Origin: an uncultured Methanosarcinales archaeon
GTDB lineage: Archaea > Nanobdellota > Nanobdellia > Woesearchaeales > ARS49
Length of the DNA stretch: 64,000 bases
Direction of reading: 5' to 3'
Assembly: GCA_964362535.1 (NCBI GenBank)
Contig: CAYIEN010000003.1
Coordinates: 6,018-70,017 of the forward strand
In this document: positions 19,135 to 28,132 of the stretch, piece after piece
Layout: each line of letters starts with the position of its first letter
Numbering within the stretch: position 1 is the first letter of the stretch
Translations under genes and position numbers: made by a program
The notes under the pieces: model-generated
What the model was told of the DNA's origin: nothing
Databases searched by the model: none
Seen by the model: the letters and a program-made list of their open reading frames with translations, nothing else

Positions 19135-19923
19135 ATGCGCCTCGTTCTCGACATTCGCAAAACACTCGAACAAAACGCAGCCTTCTACTTCGAAAAAGCC
19201 AAAAAGTTCAAAGCAAAAGCAAAAGGCGCACGAGAAACAGCCGAAAAATTCCGTTCAAAACTTGCAAAACAACCTGTTGAGAAAGAGCACAAAAAACCAG
19301 AACTCAAAGAACAAACCAGCAAACACTGGTATGAAAAGTTCAGATGGTTCTTGAGCAGCGAAGGAATGCTTTGTGTTGGTGGTAGAGACGCTGGCTCAAA
19401 TGAATTGATTGTGAAAAAGCATACAGACGCGCATGACTTATTGTGCCACACGGAAGCTCCCGGAAGCCCATTCTTTGTCATCAAAACAGAAGGCGTCAAA
19501 CCGAACCAATTAACCATTGACGAAGCATTGCAAGCAACCGTGAGCTATTCCCGCGCGTGGAAAACCGGAGTTGCAGCGGCAGATGCCTTTTGCGTCACTC
19601 CGGAACAAGTTTCCAAAGAAGCAAACACTGGCGAACACATCGCAAAAGGCTCCTTCATGGTCCGCGGCAAACGAGAAACAAAACAAGTTCCTGTAAAGTT
19701 AGCAATCGGCATGCTGCCCGACAAACGCCTCATGGCAGGACCCGAAAGCGCCGTTTCGAAGCACTGCACCAACATCATGCAAATAGTCCAAGGCGACCTC
19801 AAACCCAGCGACGCCGCCAAAAAAATACAAAAGTATATAGGCACGGGCGAGCCGGACGAGATAATACGACTGCTACCCGCAGGCGAACTACGAGTGATAG
19901 GAAATGTACCAACACACCATTAA
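19135..19923 (+). CDS. NFACT-R (DUF814) domain protein, Rqc2/NEMF/FbpA C-terminal-half homolog
   Basis: WYEKFRWFLSSEGMLCVGGRDAGSNELIVKKH matches NFACT-R core; preceded by K-rich coiled coil; no NFACT-N domain present in this ORF. Confidence 0.55.
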   Translation: MRLVLDIRKTLEQNAAFYFEKAKKFKAKAKGARETAEKFRSKLAKQPVEKEHKKPELKEQTSKHWYEKFRWFLSSEGMLCVGGRDAGSNELIVKKHTDAHDLLCHTEAPGSPFFVIKTEGVKPNQLTIDEALQATVSYSRAWKTGVAAADAFCVTPEQVSKEANTGEHIAKGSFMVRGKRETKQVPVKLAIGMLPDKRLMAGPESAVSKHCTNIMQIVQGDLKPSDAAKKIQKYIGTGEPDEIIRLLPAGELRVIGNVPTHH

Positions 19924-20116
19924 CGTCGGCAAAACAGGCTTAACAGAATCCGTACTGACGGAAATTAAAACACGAATCGAAAAACACGGCCAGATACGAA
20001 TTAAGTTTCTACCGTCTGCTGAAAATAGAAAAGAACTCGTTGCTAATTTGGCCGAAATGGTCGATGCGAAGAAGGTCAGCAAGATTGGTTTTGTCGTTGT
20101 GCTGGCGAAGAAGTAG
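19904..20116 (+). CDS. CRS1/YhbY (CRM) domain RNA-binding protein
   Basis: 70 aa; INVGKTGLTESVLTEIKTRIEKHGQIRIKF matches YhbY IGKNGLT...ELIKVK pattern; overlaps upstream gene by 20 nt. Confidence 0.6.
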   Translation: MYQHTINVGKTGLTESVLTEIKTRIEKHGQIRIKFLPSAENRKELVANLAEMVDAKKVSKIGFVVVLAKK

Positions 20117-20147
20117 GGATTTCTATTACTATCTGAGAAGGTAGGAC

Positions 20148-20567
20148 TTATTCTTTATAGTATTCAGAACTATTGGCAGGTTTCATGTCAGTTTTTCCAT
20201 CGCCGAAAAAGTTGTAAACAGTATCAACTGTTTCGTCAATGCTACCGTGAACAAATCTCCCACACGAAGAAATATTTGGAATCATGATTTTGCCTGTCGA
20301 ATTGTTGAATTTGAACCTAATGATTGTTTCTTTCGGAGTATAGTCAAAACGTGTTATTTCTGCTTCATTAAAAATCGCGGCTTCCTCTGCTTCCGAAGAA
20401 CCGATATGCAGTTTGTATGATTTTGGTGTGCCTATCTTTTTCCCTTCAATGACGAGCCAGCCAAGATTGGGTAGGTAGTTAGGAAAGTGTCCGACATATA
20501 ATGGAATTCGATCAGAAGAAAGACCGTCAATATTTGGACCCTCAGTTAAATGAAGTTCAATTGGCAT
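20148..20567 (-). CDS. Hypothetical protein (139 aa)
   Basis: No motif recognised. Confidence 0.35.
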   Translation of the reverse strand: MPIELHLTEGPNIDGLSSDRIPLYVGHFPNYLPNLGWLVIEGKKIGTPKSYKLHIGSSEAEEAAIFNEAEITRFDYTPKETIIRFKFNNSTGKIMIPNISSCGRFVHGSIDETVDTVYNFFGDGKTDMKPANSSEYYKE

Positions 20568-20701
20568 ATTTAGACGAGAAACGACTTTCTTTTTAAATTT
20601 ATTCTCTATTTCTGAATAGGCTCACCTTTTCTTCCGGTTTAGATAATCGCGGTTTTTCTTATTCTTACGACTATTGATTTTTGGGTTGAAGCGCCGCAAC
20701 C

Positions 20702-20709
20702 TTTATATA
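20702..20709 (+). promoter_or_regulatory. TATA box (TTTATATA) for vapBC operon; leaderless
   Basis: 25 nt upstream of ATG 20734; followed by 2x12-bp direct repeat TGAGTACCCATA. Confidence 0.5.
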
Positions 20710-20733
20710 CTGAGTACCCATATGAGTACCCAT

Positions 20734-20964
20734 ATGACAAAGAATATTGCCATCATGGATAAGGCGTACGATGTGCTTACGAGGCATAAGCTTCCCGGAG
20801 AAAGCTTTTCGCAAGTCATTTTACGAGAATTTGAACCGCAAAAGAGTTCGTGGACTGATTACATTGGAACGTTCTCCGACATTTCTGACAAAGAAGCTGC
20901 GCAAATGCAGGCCGACATCAAGCGCGCACGAAAACTTTCTGACACAAAACGAGGCGATCAATGA
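20734..20964 (+). CDS. VapB-like antitoxin (archaeal family)
   Basis: 76 aa; paralogous to ORF at 27849-28091 (both: short N-term DNA-binding part, conserved D-K-E-A-x-x-M/L-x-x-D-I-K/R-K-x-R C-terminal helix); ATGA overlap with PIN gene; ORF-track upstream Met codons lie inside promoter. Confidence 0.5.
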   Translation: MTKNIAIMDKAYDVLTRHKLPGESFSQVILREFEPQKSSWTDYIGTFSDISDKEAAQMQADIKRARKLSDTKRGDQ

Positions 20965-21350
20965 AATGCTGCGATAGCGCATTCCTGATGGATTTGCTTC
21001 GAGGACTTCCCGCGGCAGTCGCGAAAGCAAACGAGCATCGCCCTGATGAGCTGGTCATTACGCCCATGGCGGCTCATGAAACGCTTACGGGAATTTTTTT
21101 TCGAGGATCCTCCCCGGCAAAACTCGACTCCGCATTTCGCTTCCTCGCAGGATTCAAAATGCTTCATTCGGATCTGGCGTCCTGCGTTAATTCCGCACAA
21201 ATGAGCGCAGCACTCCGAAAAGCAGGAAAGGAAGTCGGCACCGTTGATCTGTTAATTGTCGGCGCAATGCTGTCCAATGATTGTGATACAATTATTACCC
21301 GAGATACCGACTTTAAACGCATCAAAGGAATAACAGTCGAAACCTACTAA
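20961..21350 (+). CDS. vapC: PIN-domain ribonuclease toxin VapC
   Basis: DSAFLMDLL N-terminal acidic motif, TVDLLIVGAML, ITRDTDFKRI C-terminal PIN Asp. Confidence 0.75.
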   Translation: MKCCDSAFLMDLLRGLPAAVAKANEHRPDELVITPMAAHETLTGIFFRGSSPAKLDSAFRFLAGFKMLHSDLASCVNSAQMSAALRKAGKEVGTVDLLIVGAMLSNDCDTIITRDTDFKRIKGITVETY

Positions 21351-21400
21351 AACACACTCATAACCTTTAAATAGCATTCAGACACTAACAGGCACAAAAG

Positions 21401-22915
21401 ATGGCAGACAAAAAAGAGGAAAAGAAGGGAGATAAAGGCAAGTCTGACAAGAAGAAAGAAGTTCTCGCAAAAGACTATTTCACCGAATGGGACAGCGTCG
21501 AAATGGCTAAAGACCAAATCGTTACGTACAAAGAAATATATCCCAAACCAGCAAGCCGCTTTCGCGTACTGCTTGAAGCTCCAAACGTCGGCATCGAACC
21601 ACTCTACTTCTGGATGCTCACCCAGTTCCGCGGCATCGGCTATTCAAAAGTAGACAAAATCTCCGACATCTTCAGCGCATCCGAATCATCAAGTCTTTTC
21701 GGCCAAGGACAACAACGACTTGGCGTCACGCAAGATCGAATCATGAGCTTCTTGCGCATCATGCACGACATGATTAAAATCATTCCCAACCAAGTCCGAG
21801 AACTTCGCGTCATCAAAGAACGACTCCAATATTACGATGATTCCTTCAAAAAAGGCGGAAAAGGAGAAGCCGCAGAAAAAATACTGAAAGGACTGTACGT
21901 TGACCTCGTCGAAGGCGGAACAAAATCAGCAAGCAGCGTCTTCGGACTATCACAACAAGTCGGATTCGTTATTCTTCCAGAGCTGTTCTTCCGTGAACGA
22001 CTCGAACCCGGACAAGACGAAAACAAATTCTTCGAATACATCAAAGGACTTGAAAAAGACTTCAACCCGACGGTCATCAACACACTCCAACGAAAACTCT
22101 TACAGTATTACACGTGGAAAACAAGCACGTACAAAGAAATCAAACAACGACAAAAATATTTGCTTACGTACATGAAACAAGTTTACTCAACGGTACGATT
22201 GTACATGCAGTGGACCAAGCCGTATTTGAAATTAGCAAAAAAGATGGGCATCGACATCGACAGCACCGGACGAGCCGAACTCGTGCGTGCGTTCGAAACA
22301 TCCCTCATCGAAGTCGAAATTCTTGCTCGACGCGTCGAAAAAAGCTCGAAGAACGATTCCCCTGACAAAGAAGAACAAACAATCCACAACTGCATGCTCA
22401 TTACGTTCAGCTACCGCACAAAACCCTCCATGTCCTTCGCAACACCCGACTTCCAACACCGCGGACCAACACACGTCGGCGAAGCAGAAATTACGTGGCG
22501 AAGCTACGCATGGAACGATAAGGATTTGCGTAAATACAAAGAACTCAAAGACGCAGAAGACCTCGAACTATTGAAAAGCATGAGCGAAACACTCAAAAGC
22601 TCACTCGAAGGCGTCGAAGACGACTTCAAAGCATTCATCGAAGAAACCGACAAAGAACTTTATCCGCCCAAGAAAGAGGAAGAGCCTGAAAAACCAAGAC
22701 CATTCTTTTCACCCATCACCGACGTCTTCACCGGCATCGGCGGCGTCAGCAAAGAAATAACTGGAGGAGTCGCCGGCATCGCAAAATCATTCTGGCCCCA
22801 AACCCCAAAAGGCAGCAGCAAATCCAGCCGCGACAGCATCGAAAAATCTGCCAAAAAACTCACGTGGTTATGCTACAAAAACTTCAAGAAAAGCTTCGGT
22901 TTAGTTGCCTGGTAG
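21401..22915 (+). CDS. Large hypothetical protein (504 aa), K/E-rich termini, no assignable domain
   Basis: Long uninterrupted ORF, lysine-rich N- and C-termini; no motif recognised. Confidence 0.45.
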   Translation: MADKKEEKKGDKGKSDKKKEVLAKDYFTEWDSVEMAKDQIVTYKEIYPKPASRFRVLLEAPNVGIEPLYFWMLTQFRGIGYSKVDKISDIFSASESSSLFGQGQQRLGVTQDRIMSFLRIMHDMIKIIPNQVRELRVIKERLQYYDDSFKKGGKGEAAEKILKGLYVDLVEGGTKSASSVFGLSQQVGFVILPELFFRERLEPGQDENKFFEYIKGLEKDFNPTVINTLQRKLLQYYTWKTSTYKEIKQRQKYLLTYMKQVYSTVRLYMQWTKPYLKLAKKMGIDIDSTGRAELVRAFETSLIEVEILARRVEKSSKNDSPDKEEQTIHNCMLITFSYRTKPSMSFATPDFQHRGPTHVGEAEITWRSYAWNDKDLRKYKELKDAEDLELLKSMSETLKSSLEGVEDDFKAFIEETDKELYPPKKEEEPEKPRPFFSPITDVFTGIGGVSKEITGGVAGIAKSFWPQTPKGSSKSSRDSIEKSAKKLTWLCYKNFKKSFGLVAW

Positions 22916-22963
22916 CGCTCATAATTCATACATAATATATAGTTTATCGACGTAAAATCGTCT

Positions 22964-23530
22964 ATGGTCCCCATAGATGCGGAACAGCTCAAACAAGAGT
23001 CGCCATCCGAACGCATCAAAGCGATTACTGCGTTGCGCGCAAAGATTGCGGAACGATTAGCATCTTGGCAAGAACAAACCGAAACAGACCTGCAAACACT
23101 TGCGACGCTTGAACAAGACGCCCAACGAGAACTCGCGACCATCACGCGCATCGAAGTCCCAAAGACTCGCGAAATAAAAGTTGAAGAAATCGGCAAGAAA
23201 AAAACATTGGAAGAAACCGTCGCACCCGCAAAAACAACAACCGACCATGCAAACCTACTCCAACACGCGTACGATTTCGCCCACAAACATGCCTACGACA
23301 AAATCGCAGACATCCGCGACAAATTCGCAACCGGTGAAACACTCACCCCCGCAGAAGAACGCACCGCGCAATACTTCGGCGAACTCTTACAATCATTCCA
23401 CAAAGTCTCCTCCTACATCCGAGACGAACAGACAAAAGAGACACTCACCCGTTCAGAAAAAGCAATCCAACAAATGCAAAACAAACATGATACTGATGCA
23501 GAAGAGCCAACAAAACGGCAGGAGTTCTGA
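22964..23530 (+). CDS. Coiled-coil hypothetical protein (188 aa)
   Basis: Heptad-rich, E/K/Q-rich sequence; same strand, closely spaced with flanking large genes. Confidence 0.4.
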   Translation: MVPIDAEQLKQESPSERIKAITALRAKIAERLASWQEQTETDLQTLATLEQDAQRELATITRIEVPKTREIKVEEIGKKKTLEETVAPAKTTTDHANLLQHAYDFAHKHAYDKIADIRDKFATGETLTPAEERTAQYFGELLQSFHKVSSYIRDEQTKETLTRSEKAIQQMQNKHDTDAEEPTKRQEF

Positions 23531-23535
23531 GTAAT

Positions 23536-25509
23536 ATGGCGGGCGACTATTTCAATAACGGATATCTCAACGCCATGGATCGCTTCGAAAAAGAATTTGA
23601 CATCCCTTCCATTTCTGGCAAAGGAGTTCCGAAGCCTGAAGCATTGATTCCTATCCGCGAAATCGGCGTCAGCATCATGGCAACGAGGGATGCAATTCAG
23701 CCCTTGATTGCAAAGATCCGCGAAGGAGCCAGCAAAGTCGAAATCGGATTTATGGGCTCAGGCAAAGGAAGCATCTTCTCCGGCCAAATCACCCCCGAAG
23801 GCGTCGACGCAGAACAACGACAAGCCATTCGCGAAATCGCCAAAATCAACAAAGTCGAACTCAGCACGCACGCTTCCGTCGGAACAGGCGGATTTGCGGG
23901 CTTCACTAACAGAGGATTTGATGACTCGACTCGCGAACAAAACATCCAAGAATTAAAACGAGCAATCGATTTCGCAGCCGATACCGCTCAAGGCGGAGCA
24001 ATCACCGTCCACATGGACGAATTCGTACGACCTATTTCTGAAGTACAAGGCGGATTCTTGGCGCACCCGGATGAAAAGAACACCACAACGTTTTACCTTG
24101 TCAATGAAAAGACGGGCGACATCATCCGAAGCGTCAGCAAAGACGTACCAATCAATACTCCTATCTGGCGAAAAGCCGAAAAAGGAGAAAGGGCAAATGA
24201 ATTCGGAGAAGCACTCGACAATTTTAATAACCGCGTTCCTAAAATCAAAAAAGACGAAAACGGCAACCCAACTGACAAATTTGACATTCAAACACTCAAA
24301 TGGGAAGACAAGAACGCAACGAACGACATTCTCCGCGAAACCGAAAAGCGCAACCGCAACCGTCCAAAAAATGACCAACTTAAACCTGAACAGGTCTATT
24401 ACGAAATTCAAGTCGAATCAAAAAAATATCAGTTGGAAGGAGAACGTCTTTTTCACATGCAAGATTACGACAAACATTTACGTGAGAAAAAAACAATCGA
24501 AAAAAACATTGATGAGCTCAAAGCAGGAAAAACTCTTAAAATTCAAGATGAAGAAACAGGTAAAATAACCGAACAGGAAATTCCTGCAGAACAAAGAAAA
24601 GCACTCATCGAAAAACAGCAGGACCAGCTGTCTCATGTAAACCACCAAATTTCTCGAATAAACAGTGCAGCTATTTCTTACCAAGAACAATTGCAAGAAT
24701 TCGAACAACAAATGAAAAATATCAAGCCCATGGAAAAAGTCGCACTCGGCAAAAGCACAGAAGCACTCGGACGCGCGGGATTGTATGCATACGATGTTGA
24801 GCAGGCAAAAGGACTCAACAAAAATAAAGACAAACCGTTGTTTATCGCCCCCGAAAACCTCTTCGCCGAAAAATACGGCTCGCACCCCGACGAATTGAAA
24901 GCACTCATTGAAGGTTCTCGAGAACAAATGAAAATACTCCTTCAAAAACGCGGAATGAAAGAATCAGAAGCCCAACAAATCGCTGGCGACCACATCAAAG
25001 CAACCCTCGACATCGGACACTTGAACACGTGGCGCAAATACTTCCAAGCAAAAGACGCAAACGAATCCATTGAATCTAGAGACAAACGATTCAACACGTG
25101 GGTCATTGACAAAATTAAAGAGCTTAACAAAGGCAATATTATTGGTCACATCCACATCACGGACAACTTCGGCTACCATGATGAACACTTGACTCCAGGA
25201 CAAGGCAACGCGCCCATCATGGACTTTATCAAAGAGATGCAGAAGCATTTCAAAGACAAGCCACTTGATTTGGTTGTTGAACCCGGCGCTCAAGATCCTG
25301 CCAAACAATACGAAGCGCTCTACGGTGGCTGGAAACTCTTCGGCCACAGCATCTACGGCATCTCTGCACCTGGTAAAAAACCGTTTGACATGGGCGGTCA
25401 GAGAGGTTACTTTGGTACTACGGTTCCTCCGCAGTTCCTGTTCGGCGAAATGGCGCTTTCGGATGACTACCGAGGAAGTCCGTTCTTTACTGGCTTAGGA
25501 CTTGAATAA
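23536..25509 (+). CDS. Xylose-isomerase-like TIM-barrel (AP endonuclease family 2 / sugar-phosphate isomerase-epimerase) protein interrupted by about 330 aa coiled-coil insertion
   Basis: N-terminal barrel strands (VEIGFMG, ELSTHASVG, KRAIDFAADTAQGGAITVHMDEF) and C-terminal (GHIHITDNFGYHDEHLTPGQGNAPIMDFIKEM, LVVEPGAQDP) with metal-ligand His/Asp/Glu pattern; residues about 170-500 K/E-rich. Confidence 0.5.
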   Translation: MAGDYFNNGYLNAMDRFEKEFDIPSISGKGVPKPEALIPIREIGVSIMATRDAIQPLIAKIREGASKVEIGFMGSGKGSIFSGQITPEGVDAEQRQAIREIAKINKVELSTHASVGTGGFAGFTNRGFDDSTREQNIQELKRAIDFAADTAQGGAITVHMDEFVRPISEVQGGFLAHPDEKNTTTFYLVNEKTGDIIRSVSKDVPINTPIWRKAEKGERANEFGEALDNFNNRVPKIKKDENGNPTDKFDIQTLKWEDKNATNDILRETEKRNRNRPKNDQLKPEQVYYEIQVESKKYQLEGERLFHMQDYDKHLREKKTIEKNIDELKAGKTLKIQDEETGKITEQEIPAEQRKALIEKQQDQLSHVNHQISRINSAAISYQEQLQEFEQQMKNIKPMEKVALGKSTEALGRAGLYAYDVEQAKGLNKNKDKPLFIAPENLFAEKYGSHPDELKALIEGSREQMKILLQKRGMKESEAQQIAGDHIKATLDIGHLNTWRKYFQAKDANESIESRDKRFNTWVIDKIKELNKGNIIGHIHITDNFGYHDEHLTPGQGNAPIMDFIKEMQKHFKDKPLDLVVEPGAQDPAKQYEALYGGWKLFGHSIYGISAPGKKPFDMGGQRGYFGTTVPPQFLFGEMALSDDYRGSPFFTGLGLE

Positions 25510-25576
25510 TTCTCGTTTAACTATCAATTAAGAGTGACAAATGTTCTTAAAGCGCCGAAGGAGATTCTGACGTTGG

Positions 25577-26386
25577 ATGGCCGAATTCACGATACACCCG
25601 CGAGAGAACCCTGTTCTGACACTTTATAGCAAAGATGATAGAGAATTGGCTCGCAAGTTCTCGCAAAAGATATACAAAGAATTCGGCAACTTTCTCAAAG
25701 CAGTTGTCTTATTTGGTTCGGCAGCGACCCGCGAAAAACGCTCGGCAGGAAGCGACATCGACATTCTCATCGTCATCGATGACGTCAGCATGCAGCTCAG
25801 CCAAGAACTCATCACCACGTATCGCTTAATTGTTGAAAAGATGGTTGTTGAAACATCTGACAGATTTCACATCACCACATTGCGATTGACCTCGTTCTGG
25901 GAATACATCCGTGCAGGCGACCCCGTCGGTATCAATATCTTGCGTGACGGACTTGCCATCTTAGACACTGGCTTCTTTGATCCTTTACAGATTTTGCTCA
26001 GACAAGGACGCATACGACCCACGCAAGAAAGCGTATGGAACTACTACATGCGTGCTCCGACAACATTGCACAACAGCAAATGGCACGTGTTGCAAGCCAC
26101 CCTTGATCTGTACTGGGCAGCCGTTGACAGCGCACACGCCGCACTGATGCACATCGGAGAAGTCCCGCCAAGCCCCGACCACGTCGCGGACTTACTGGAA
26201 ACCAAATTCGTCAAAACAAAACATCTCGAAGCAAGATACACCCACATCTTCCGTTACCTCTACAACTTGTCAAAGATGATTGTGCATCGTGAAATCAAAG
26301 AAATCAAGGGAGACGAGTACACCAAATACTATCACATGGCAGAAGAATTCGTCGAACGTATGCGCAAAATAGTTGAACAGAAATAA
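25577..26386 (+). CDS. Pol-beta-superfamily nucleotidyltransferase with C-terminal helical (HEPN/KNTase-like) domain
   Basis: GSAATREKRSAGSDIDILIVID (GS-x9-13-DxD) minimal NTase motif; about 150 aa helical C-terminus. Confidence 0.55.
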   Translation: MAEFTIHPRENPVLTLYSKDDRELARKFSQKIYKEFGNFLKAVVLFGSAATREKRSAGSDIDILIVIDDVSMQLSQELITTYRLIVEKMVVETSDRFHITTLRLTSFWEYIRAGDPVGINILRDGLAILDTGFFDPLQILLRQGRIRPTQESVWNYYMRAPTTLHNSKWHVLQATLDLYWAAVDSAHAALMHIGEVPPSPDHVADLLETKFVKTKHLEARYTHIFRYLYNLSKMIVHREIKEIKGDEYTKYYHMAEEFVERMRKIVEQK

Positions 26387-26767
26387 TTATTCTTTCACAA
26401 CAGATTCTGACTGTTCAAGCGTTTCCAACACTTTTGAAACCTTTCTTTTTTGCCTGCCTAACGACCACGTCCCATACGGAATCGCGTCCGCAACCAAGTG
26501 CAGCAAACCAAGCAACAAGCTCCGATCAACATTACCATGATCACGATGCAGCACCACAACACTCCCTCGCTCAACCGCGTGAATGTGGCGCACTAACTCA
26601 GTACTACGATACGTCTGCTTTTCAGTAAATACATTCGGAGAAGGACGAAATTCATCACGGTAAATCTTGAAATGTTCTGTCGGAACAACCACAAACTTTT
26701 TGCCCAACCCACGAAATTCATGAACGCGCTTACTTGCCAACGCATTCCACAATTCCTGCTGTTTCAT
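26387..26767 (-). CDS. Hypothetical protein (126 aa)
   Basis: No motif recognised; convergent with NTase gene, stop codons abut. Confidence 0.3.
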   Translation of the reverse strand: MKQQELWNALASKRVHEFRGLGKKFVVVPTEHFKIYRDEFRPSPNVFTEKQTYRSTELVRHIHAVERGSVVVLHRDHGNVDRSLLLGLLHLVADAIPYGTWSLGRQKRKVSKVLETLEQSESVVKE

Positions 26768-26845
26768 GCCCGTTTTTAAAGCGTAATACTTAATAATTGT
26801 TTCGCAACCATAATGCTTAAATAGCCATCAGCAGTTCTCAATCAT

Positions 26846-27289
26846 ATGGTTATCGAATCCAAAGTAAGCCAAACTCCCGTTAAGGTCGAACAGCTTTCCC
26901 TTACGGACAGATTGGCAGCAGTCGCTCCCAAAACAGCTTCAACAGCAACCAAAACAATCGCAGCATCAACAGAACAAACTCCTCAGTATTTGCAAAAGGC
27001 AACCGTCGTCTATGATGCATCCGATAAAAAACCTGTTGACACCAAAAAAGTTAAGGTTCACGGCGACATCTTCTCCAAACCTGAACACATCAAGTACGAC
27101 AAAGAAGACCGCAATTTTATTCCTGCAGTTGTTTATGACGTCAACAAAGGACACGTTGACAAACGCTTCGGCAATAGAGTCGCGCACTTGGCACCCAACT
27201 CCACGTCTGGACTTGGTTCAGCTCCTGTTTCAAATAGATTAATCACTTTGCGCATGGGCGCAAGCGACGATTCCTACCTTTGGAATTAA
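26846..27289 (+). CDS. Hypothetical protein (147 aa)
   Basis: No motif recognised. Confidence 0.3.
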   Translation: MVIESKVSQTPVKVEQLSLTDRLAAVAPKTASTATKTIAASTEQTPQYLQKATVVYDASDKKPVDTKKVKVHGDIFSKPEHIKYDKEDRNFIPAVVYDVNKGHVDKRFGNRVAHLAPNSTSGLGSAPVSNRLITLRMGASDDSYLWN

Positions 27290-27483
27290 CAGTTTTCTCC
27301 GCATACATTTAAATAGCCACCGTCGAATAACTCTCCTGTCAAATGGCAGTGAAAATCATCAAATTCGTGAACGACGCATGCTTCGGCAAGAAGCACGACC
27401 TTATCGAACAGTGCAAAAACTGCTGGATCCACGAATCCTGTTTGATATGTTTTAGAAACAGAAAATAATTCTTAACTAACGAT

Positions 27484-27870
27484 TTACACTATTTTAAGTC
27501 CGGGTATCCTAGAAAATTCTTTATGATTGCCCGTTTTGATTGGGCATCCTTCCGCAAGTGCGATTGCACCGATAAACGTATCAACTAATCCAATAACTTT
27601 TCCCTTCTTTTGTAAGTGCGCCGTAATTGATCCTGCAACACGGGCACTCTCAGGTCGTAGGGTTAAAACATCAATCCCTTGAGTCAATGCTTCAATTGCT
27701 GCTAGATGTATCGGAACGTTATTCGATTTATACGCTCCTAACGTGAGCTCAAAAAGAGTGAACGTCGTCATGACTAACGGACCTGCACGGTCAAAAAAGT
27801 CCAGCGCATCTTCTTTTCCGCGTAAAGCATCGATGAAAATATCAGTATCTACACATATCGGGGTTTCCAT
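27484..27870 (-). CDS. vapC: PIN-domain ribonuclease toxin VapC
   Basis: ICVDTDIFID, VDTFIGAIAL, PIN acidic residues; paired with upstream antitoxin. Confidence 0.7.
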   Translation of the reverse strand: METPICVDTDIFIDALRGKEDALDFFDRAGPLVMTTFTLFELTLGAYKSNNVPIHLAAIEALTQGIDVLTLRPESARVAGSITAHLQKKGKVIGLVDTFIGAIALAEGCPIKTGNHKEFSRIPGLKIV

Positions 27871-28091
27871 GAATTCCTCATTTTGCGGATATCTTTCTTC
27901 AGGATTTCCGCTTCTTTATCCGTCATTTTCCACATTCCGAAAATCTCGCGCAGACTCGGTCGCGCACGTACATGACTGAGTGCTTCATCGAATGAAATCG
28001 GTCTGCCTTTTTCATTCTGTAGGTCTGCTGCCTTTTTTGCCAGCCACATATAGTTTTCTTCACCTATCTTGATTACTTTTGTAACAGTCAT
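27849..28091 (-). CDS. VapB-like antitoxin (same family as 20734-20964)
   Basis: MTVTKVIKIGEENYMWLAKK ... TDKEAEILKKDIRKMR parallels first antitoxin; leaderless start 28 nt from TTTATAAAC box at 28117-28125. Confidence 0.5.
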   Translation of the reverse strand: MTVTKVIKIGEENYMWLAKKAADLQNEKGRPISFDEALSHVRARPSLREIFGMWKMTDKEAEILKKDIRKMRNSWKPRYV

Positions 28092-28132
28092 GTTACTTAG
28101 TAACTTAGTATACTTTATAAACTTTACGACCA

